Positions 44,764 to 50,152 of a stretch of DNA of 50,152 nucleotides are shown piece after piece (positions within the stretch are counted from its first letter, which is position 1; every line of letters begins with the position of its first letter). Made by a program: the position numbers and the translations under genes. The notes below the pieces were generated by a model that was not told the origin of the DNA, did no database searches, and saw only the letters and a program-made list of their open reading frames with translations. This DNA is from Candidatus Micrarchaeota archaeon (GTDB lineage Archaea; Micrarchaeota; Micrarchaeia; Anstonellales; Bilamarchaeaceae): the NCBI GenBank assembly GCA_032123335.1, contig JAQBFN010000042.1:1-50152 (forward strand). Direction: 5' to 3'.

Positions 44764-46449
44764 ATGAAAAAAATAGCAATATTACTGTTTTGCCTTCCCC
44801 TCCTTTTCGCATCCGCAAGCATAGTGGATGCAAGCAACGTAACTACAAATGTTGAATCCTCTGCCGCCTTCAAGGTGTATGTGGACACATTCGGCAACAA
44901 CCCCGATTTCGCACTGGAGCTATGCAATGAAGGCCAGAAATACGTTGCCGCCGCCTACACTGCCAACGTAAGCGGCATCTGGGTGATGGTTCCCATCAGC
45001 AAAAACCTCACTGCAGGCTCCACCAGCACTCTTGTGCATACCTCCTTGGGTTCCGGTCCCTGCTATTACACTCCCGTCGACTCTTTTGCATTTTCACAGT
45101 TCCGTGATTTTACCCGCACTCCACCCGTATTCGTTTCAGCTTTCCCTGGCAGAATCCATGCTCTCATTTCTGATAATTCGGATGGAACAGGCTCCCCCGA
45201 CCTTGTCCCGGTAAATTATTCTGATGGCTGGCTGTTGGGGAGCTATGGGCTCACTCCAGTACCATTCTTTACCCAGGCAACCGGAGATGTCACCGTAAAC
45301 ATAAACTCAATCACCTTCCAGACAGAGCTGGGTGCAGTTACCCGTGGTCCGGGTGATTCAGAGTGGGGCCTTAACTCTTCCACCGGAAGAAGCATGCTAA
45401 TTGCCCTCTGTGATGATGATTTCGGGAATGAATGTGATGACGCAGTAATCGCGAACTCAACTGCAGACCTTCCCGCAGATCTTTCTGTGGTAGGCACAAT
45501 AAACGACCAGAATGTCCACCACCGCTATGTAGTTGTAGATGGTCTTGGGCAATACATCTGCATTGGCGCAAATCTTATAACCACGATCACCCCCAACCCA
45601 GGTTCGATTCCGTATGGAGGCACCAGCAACGTAACAATAACTGTTACCAACATAGGAAACGTTAACGTTACAACGGATTTCACCCTCCAGTTCAATGTTT
45701 CCGGCTCCTATACGGACAGCGTTAACTATGTCATAACCGAAGACCTTGCCGCAAATGGGGGCTCAACCACCAGGAATTATATTTTCAATGCAACCGGGCT
45801 CTCAGAAACAGTTCCCCTAAGCGCATATGCAGATTCCACAAACCAGATTGCGGAATGCTCCAAACTGGACAATTACGCAACAAGCTCCATAACGATAAGC
45901 CCGGTATGGTATCTCCACGTATGGATAGATGGCAACTACACCAATGAGTTCCCTGAATGGGGCCGCCCCTACAATGTAACATTTTACATAAACAATTCCA
46001 ACGGGGACAGCGTGCCAAACGCAAGGTACGAGATAATTGAAACCAACGGGCTGAATCCTTTCGTTCCCATTCAGGTTTGGAACGCTGGCACCCAGGGGAT
46101 GAGCAGCGCTTCAGTGGGAACCGCAACCGGGAATTCTTCAGGCCACCTTTCCATCGCCCTAATCCCCACCTGCAACAAATACTATGCCCCGGCCTCCCCA
46201 ATCAATCTTACTCCAATAATTGGAGATTATACAATCATAGTGCATGGCTACAATGGCGCCACCCAGCTTTCGTTTGCTTATAATGGAACAACTACTTCCA
46301 ACTACCCCTTGCTTGTACCCAACCGGAATTGTGTCGACCCTGGCTGGGTAAACGACAAGGAAATAATCAACAAGAACAGCTATGTCTTCGATATCTATGA
46401 CTGGATGTATGAGGTTTACTCCATCACCAAGAAGCTGGTGGTGCCCTAG
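44764..46449 (+). CDS. Secreted surface glycoprotein with CARDB-like domain (operon gene 2)
   Basis: Signal peptide; VTITVTNIG...AYADSTNQIAECSKLDN is CARDB-like; shares domains with genes 1 and 3. Confidence 0.8.
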   Translation: MKKIAILLFCLPLLFASASIVDASNVTTNVESSAAFKVYVDTFGNNPDFALELCNEGQKYVAAAYTANVSGIWVMVPISKNLTAGSTSTLVHTSLGSGPCYYTPVDSFAFSQFRDFTRTPPVFVSAFPGRIHALISDNSDGTGSPDLVPVNYSDGWLLGSYGLTPVPFFTQATGDVTVNINSITFQTELGAVTRGPGDSEWGLNSSTGRSMLIALCDDDFGNECDDAVIANSTADLPADLSVVGTINDQNVHHRYVVVDGLGQYICIGANLITTITPNPGSIPYGGTSNVTITVTNIGNVNVTTDFTLQFNVSGSYTDSVNYVITEDLAANGGSTTRNYIFNATGLSETVPLSAYADSTNQIAECSKLDNYATSSITISPVWYLHVWIDGNYTNEFPEWGRPYNVTFYINNSNGDSVPNARYEIIETNGLNPFVPIQVWNAGTQGMSSASVGTATGNSSGHLSIALIPTCNKYYAPASPINLTPIIGDYTIIVHGYNGATQLSFAYNGTTTSNYPLLVPNRNCVDPGWVNDKEIINKNSYVFDIYDWMYEVYSITKKLVVP

Positions 46450-48549
46450 ATGAAGAAAGCCCTTTTATTTCTTTTAGTGTTGTTTTCGTTTTCCTTCTCC
46501 TACTATTATCCATACATCGTTAATGCCAGTGACCACACCATAATGGCCCTTGTTTATGACGATGCATCCTTTTCCTATACAGACAATTCTTTAGAAAATC
46601 CGGATGCAGAACTAAGGCTCTGCGCAGATACTGCGGCCGAGCTCCAGAATAAATGGGTTTCCATGGCCTATGCGGACGGCACAAACCCTGGGGATTACAT
46701 TGAAATAACTCACTACCCGCTCCAGATAACTTCCGTTCCCCCAATCAATTGCGTATATCTTCCCCTTGACCTTTCAAGCTTCAAGGCATGGTATCCCTCC
46801 ATTCCATTCGTCTTTATTTCTGATTCCCAAGACCTTTCAAACCCTGAAAGGGTGAAGTTGATTCCTGAAAATGGCTGGCTTATAGGGAATTACACAATTA
46901 CTGAAACCCAGGTTGGCAATACCCTGAATATAACTGTAACTGCTGCCCTTGATGATGGGGGAGCACCGATTGTTCCCGATGTGGATTACCTTGTGGTCGG
47001 AATCCTTCCAAACAATGTGCTTGAAACACTTGACACTGCGATAACATCAATCAATGATCCGGTCCTGCTTTCACTTGGGAGCTATACTGGGGCCTACGTA
47101 ATCCACATAAACGGGATAGGGCCCGGAAACTTTACCCCGATAGTGGAGATCCTTTCTCCCCAGCCCATAACCTATACTTCAGGGCAAATTCCCTTTACCT
47201 ACACAATATACTCTTATTTCCCGATAGCTTCCTGCTGGTATGTGCTTGATGGGCAGACGGTAAACATGCCTGACTGCACAATTCCATATATCCTTAATGT
47301 AGGGGATGGTTCGCATACCCTTTTCCTTTATGCAAATGATACCACAGGGCAAGTGGGAGTTGATTCTGTTATTTTTTATGTCCAGAGTGAACCCCCGGTG
47401 CCCCCGCTCCCGAGCGGCCCCGGAGGCCCCCCCATAGGGATTCCCCCTGAAGTGCCTGTTGAGCCCCCGCCTTATGTTCCCCCCGCATACGAGTTTTTCT
47501 CCATAAATCCCGAAGACATCTGGATAATAATCAATTACCCTCTCCCAGGCGAAGCCGATTTTACCTTGTATTCCTCCACTCCGCTTGAAGACGTAAACTG
47601 CTTCATAAACGCAGACTTTTCAGAGTACACGCGCGTTGAGCTGGAAAGCACATCAATCCCAAGGAATTCAACAATTAGTGGCAAGATAATTGTGGAGATG
47701 CCCCCAACCGAAATCCTGGACTATGACGGGGACTACCAGGGCATGATCCAATGCGTAGGAAAAAACCAGGATGGTCCAAGCTTAATGCTCTCAACCTCAG
47801 CCAATATTTACCTGGAAATAAACAAGCCCTGGATTGAAATCGAGGAGGAAGTGCTCGGAGTGATGGTTGGTGAACAGGACTTCTTCACCCTGAACCTCAC
47901 AAACGTGGGCAATGGAACATCATACGTCTATGCACTAGACATACAACTTGAAGGCCCCCAGGAAGGGCTCTTCGCAGTGCTTACCACCCCCACCCCCATC
48001 AAGGTAGGGGAATCCAAGGAAGCCCTCCTCTTTATTTCCGTTCCTTCGGACTATGAGCCTGGAACATACTACATCCCAATACGCATCTACGAAAATAATC
48101 GCTTTGTGGGAGGCGGCACGTACGACCCTGATGGCCTCATAGGTGGAGGCATTATCAAGCTTGTCGTAGGCTATGATGCAGAAGGCCCCGTTTGCCGGTT
48201 CCCATTATTCCTTAATATATTTAGCTTCCCGGACATGTTCATCCCATGGCTCTTCATCTTCATACTGTTCCTTGCAAACTGGAGGCTTATCCAATGGAAG
48301 AAAGACCTTACCCAGTCCAGGAGGGTGCTGGTATCCGCAATCCCATTACTACTCGCGCTTCCGGGAATATGGATTCTTGAACCCTGCTTCATGATGAATG
48401 TTGCACTAGTCCAGTTCCTGGTTTTCCTTTACTTCTGGTGGAAGCACGAGAGCGAGAAGAGGCGGGAGTTCGAGGTTCCCCCCGAAGAAGGGGCTCTGCC
48501 TGAAGGTGAAGAGCCGGAAAACCCCCCAAGATATTCAAGGGAGAAATAA
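46450..48549 (+). CDS. Membrane-anchored surface protein with Ig-like domains and Pro-rich linker (operon gene 3)
   Basis: Signal peptide, Ig-like segment (PIVEILSPQ...HTLFLYANDTTG), PPVPPLPSGPGGPP linker, about 3 C-terminal TM helices. Confidence 0.8.
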   Translation: MKKALLFLLVLFSFSFSYYYPYIVNASDHTIMALVYDDASFSYTDNSLENPDAELRLCADTAAELQNKWVSMAYADGTNPGDYIEITHYPLQITSVPPINCVYLPLDLSSFKAWYPSIPFVFISDSQDLSNPERVKLIPENGWLIGNYTITETQVGNTLNITVTAALDDGGAPIVPDVDYLVVGILPNNVLETLDTAITSINDPVLLSLGSYTGAYVIHINGIGPGNFTPIVEILSPQPITYTSGQIPFTYTIYSYFPIASCWYVLDGQTVNMPDCTIPYILNVGDGSHTLFLYANDTTGQVGVDSVIFYVQSEPPVPPLPSGPGGPPIGIPPEVPVEPPPYVPPAYEFFSINPEDIWIIINYPLPGEADFTLYSSTPLEDVNCFINADFSEYTRVELESTSIPRNSTISGKIIVEMPPTEILDYDGDYQGMIQCVGKNQDGPSLMLSTSANIYLEINKPWIEIEEEVLGVMVGEQDFFTLNLTNVGNGTSYVYALDIQLEGPQEGLFAVLTTPTPIKVGESKEALLFISVPSDYEPGTYYIPIRIYENNRFVGGGTYDPDGLIGGGIIKLVVGYDAEGPVCRFPLFLNIFSFPDMFIPWLFIFILFLANWRLIQWKKDLTQSRRVLVSAIPLLLALPGIWILEPCFMMNVALVQFLVFLYFWWKHESEKRREFEVPPEEGALPEGEEPENPPRYSREK

Positions 48550-48550
48550 T

Positions 48551-49459
48551 CTATTTAGTGAGCACCCTTGCCCCATCCTCTTCTATGAGTATTGTATGCT
48601 CAGTCTGGGAAACCAGTCCGTTTCCCGCTTCCTTAAGCACTGGGTAAGCCTTGATTACCTGCATCCTGAGCATCTCCTTCAGCGCATTTTTCAAAAGAAG
48701 CTTTGACTTGAAATCCTTCAAAAGCCACCTTTCTGCAAAAGGCAGCATCCCGTAATTAGAGATTATGTGGTTCAGGAGTTTCCTGGACTCCCTCAGCCTC
48801 AGCCTTCCCGGCATGTAGAGGCTGAATATCTCCACCTGGTCCGTATCAGAAACAAATCCCTTTCCGTTTGTTGCAAATGGCTCTATCGCGTATATCTCCC
48901 CTGCTTGCAACTGATAGGGATCATCAGTTTTTATCGAAGGCACATCTATTCCAGTGTGCAGCAATCCTGTGCTTATCCTGTGCCCGGTCAGGTTCGCAAC
49001 CGGCTTGAATCCATACTCCTTTATCTTCGCCTCTATTGCTCCCCCAACCTCCCCAATAGTTACTCCAGCTTTCATTACCCCTATTGCGCTTTCCAGGGCC
49101 TTCTCAGAAGCTTCCACCAACTTCCCATTCTCCCCGCTCAAATCTATTGTATAAGCAGTATCTGAGATTGCCCCATTAATCTCAACCCCCAAATCAATCT
49201 TTACAACATCCCTCTCCCCGACTACTGACTTGTCCCCGAATTCCGGTGTGTAATGCGCAGCAATCTCATTAATAGAAACATTCACCGGGAATGCGGGCTC
49301 TCCCCCTTCCTCCTGTATCATCCCCTCTATTGTTTCTGCTATGTCCAGAAGCCCTTCCCCGATATTTATGAGCTGCTTGCTTTCTTCCCGTATGCGTGCC
49401 CCCATCTTTCCGGCTTCTTCGAACTCTTCGATGCTCGCCTCTGCTGCCTCTTCTTCCAT
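48551..49459 (-). CDS. map: Methionine aminopeptidase type II
   Basis: PAFPVNVSINEIAAHYTP, KIDLG, SDTAYT, LTGH, AIEPFAT, QTEHTI. Confidence 0.95.
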   Translation of the reverse strand: MEEEAAEASIEEFEEAGKMGARIREESKQLINIGEGLLDIAETIEGMIQEEGGEPAFPVNVSINEIAAHYTPEFGDKSVVGERDVVKIDLGVEINGAISDTAYTIDLSGENGKLVEASEKALESAIGVMKAGVTIGEVGGAIEAKIKEYGFKPVANLTGHRISTGLLHTGIDVPSIKTDDPYQLQAGEIYAIEPFATNGKGFVSDTDQVEIFSLYMPGRLRLRESRKLLNHIISNYGMLPFAERWLLKDFKSKLLLKNALKEMLRMQVIKAYPVLKEAGNGLVSQTEHTILIEEDGARVLTK

Positions 49460-49547
49460 TATTCAATTTAGCCTCAGAACCTTTAAATTCCTGCTCTCGT
49501 TCTCCCTTCTGACTATATTTATATTACTTTCCTTAGAAAGCCTATCC

Positions 49548-50152
49548 ATGGGGAGGTATACATTATTCCTAGGTCTATTGGTTTTCTTATGCGCACTTTC
49601 CAGCGCAGCCCATGTAGTTGTTAACTCAGCGGATTACCGCGATGTTGCTTCTGCAGCATTTTATGCAAACGTAGTCGGGGACACAGTAGACTATGTGTAT
49701 CCCAGCACAAACCTGCAGATGGCAGTGCTGCAGGTGGGGCCCACCGAGATACTCCTAATGGAGTCAGAAACAGTTCCCATCCATGCAAGCTACCAAAGTG
49801 CCCTCCAGAACAACGGTGCAACCATTTCTGAAAGAATGGTTTCTTCGGATCCCTTTTCCTTCAATCTTGAGCTCGCAGAAAAATCAGGAACAAGCTCATT
49901 CATCATATCTGATCCGGCATATAGCTACAACTTGGTAGTTCTCTTTCCGTATGCAAAGCATTCCGGCTCATATGTAATTTTTGCAACAAAGAAAAATGCG
50001 GGAGAAGTCTCGAATTTCCTCTCTTCCAAAGCTTCAGGTTCTGTTCTGGTGTATGGCACAGTAGACGATGAAGTTCTTAACACGCTTTCTTCTTCGGGTG
50101 TTGGTTATGAACAAATAGAGAATGGGGACAAATACCTGGATAACAATGAATT
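49548..50152 (+). CDS. Secreted protein, N-terminal part (runs off window end; absent from ORF track)
   Basis: Manual translation MGRYTLFLGLLVFLCALSSAAHVVVNSADYRDVASAAFYA... open to the window end; weak resemblance to cell-wall-binding repeat 2 units (PYA...VIF, I..GDKY..N). Confidence 0.65.
   Translation, partial: MGRYTLFLGLLVFLCALSSAAHVVVNSADYRDVASAAFYANVVGDTVDYVYPSTNLQMAVLQVGPTEILLMESETVPIHASYQSALQNNGATISERMVSSDPFSFNLELAEKSGTSSFIISDPAYSYNLVVLFPYAKHSGSYVIFATKKNAGEVSNFLSSKASGSVLVYGTVDDEVLNTLSSSGVGYEQIENGDKYLDNNE

Overview
Archaeal chromosomal window; gene content and style suggest a DPANN, Micrarchaeota-like lineage (inference, not database-checked). It encodes housekeeping and biosynthetic genes: pyrD (partial), thermosome, pdxST, tRNA-Phe, PCNA, purD with an intein, purF, purL/purQ, pheT, Hef helicase, M17 aminopeptidase, NreA, TFE, fibrillarin, ADP-forming acyl-CoA ligase, a beta-CASP nuclease and MetAP2, plus several large surface proteins. 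The main signal outside the ORF track is a perfect 16-bp palindrome, TGTAACCATGGTTACA, found four times in essentially intergenic DNA (21055, 24323, 35936, 40954). The copy at 24323 sits where strand-specific codon bias flips, consistent with a replication terminus, and abuts the start codon of an orphan 77-aa Cas2/VapD-fold gene. The three outer copies carry a CAA extension that always points toward the switch. This could be a Ter/matS/dif-like terminus system with an autoregulated binding protein, or a purine-gene operator. Other highlights: a chromosomal VirB2/VirB6/VirB4-like (Ced/Ted-like) operon with no relaxase in the window, a glutamine synthetase homolog missing most catalytic residues, a C/D box sRNA whose 3' end is duplicated, TFE with a histone-H1-like tail, a three-gene domain-shuffled surface-protein operon and an Lhr-like helicase relic. 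All family assignments come from motif recognition by eye.
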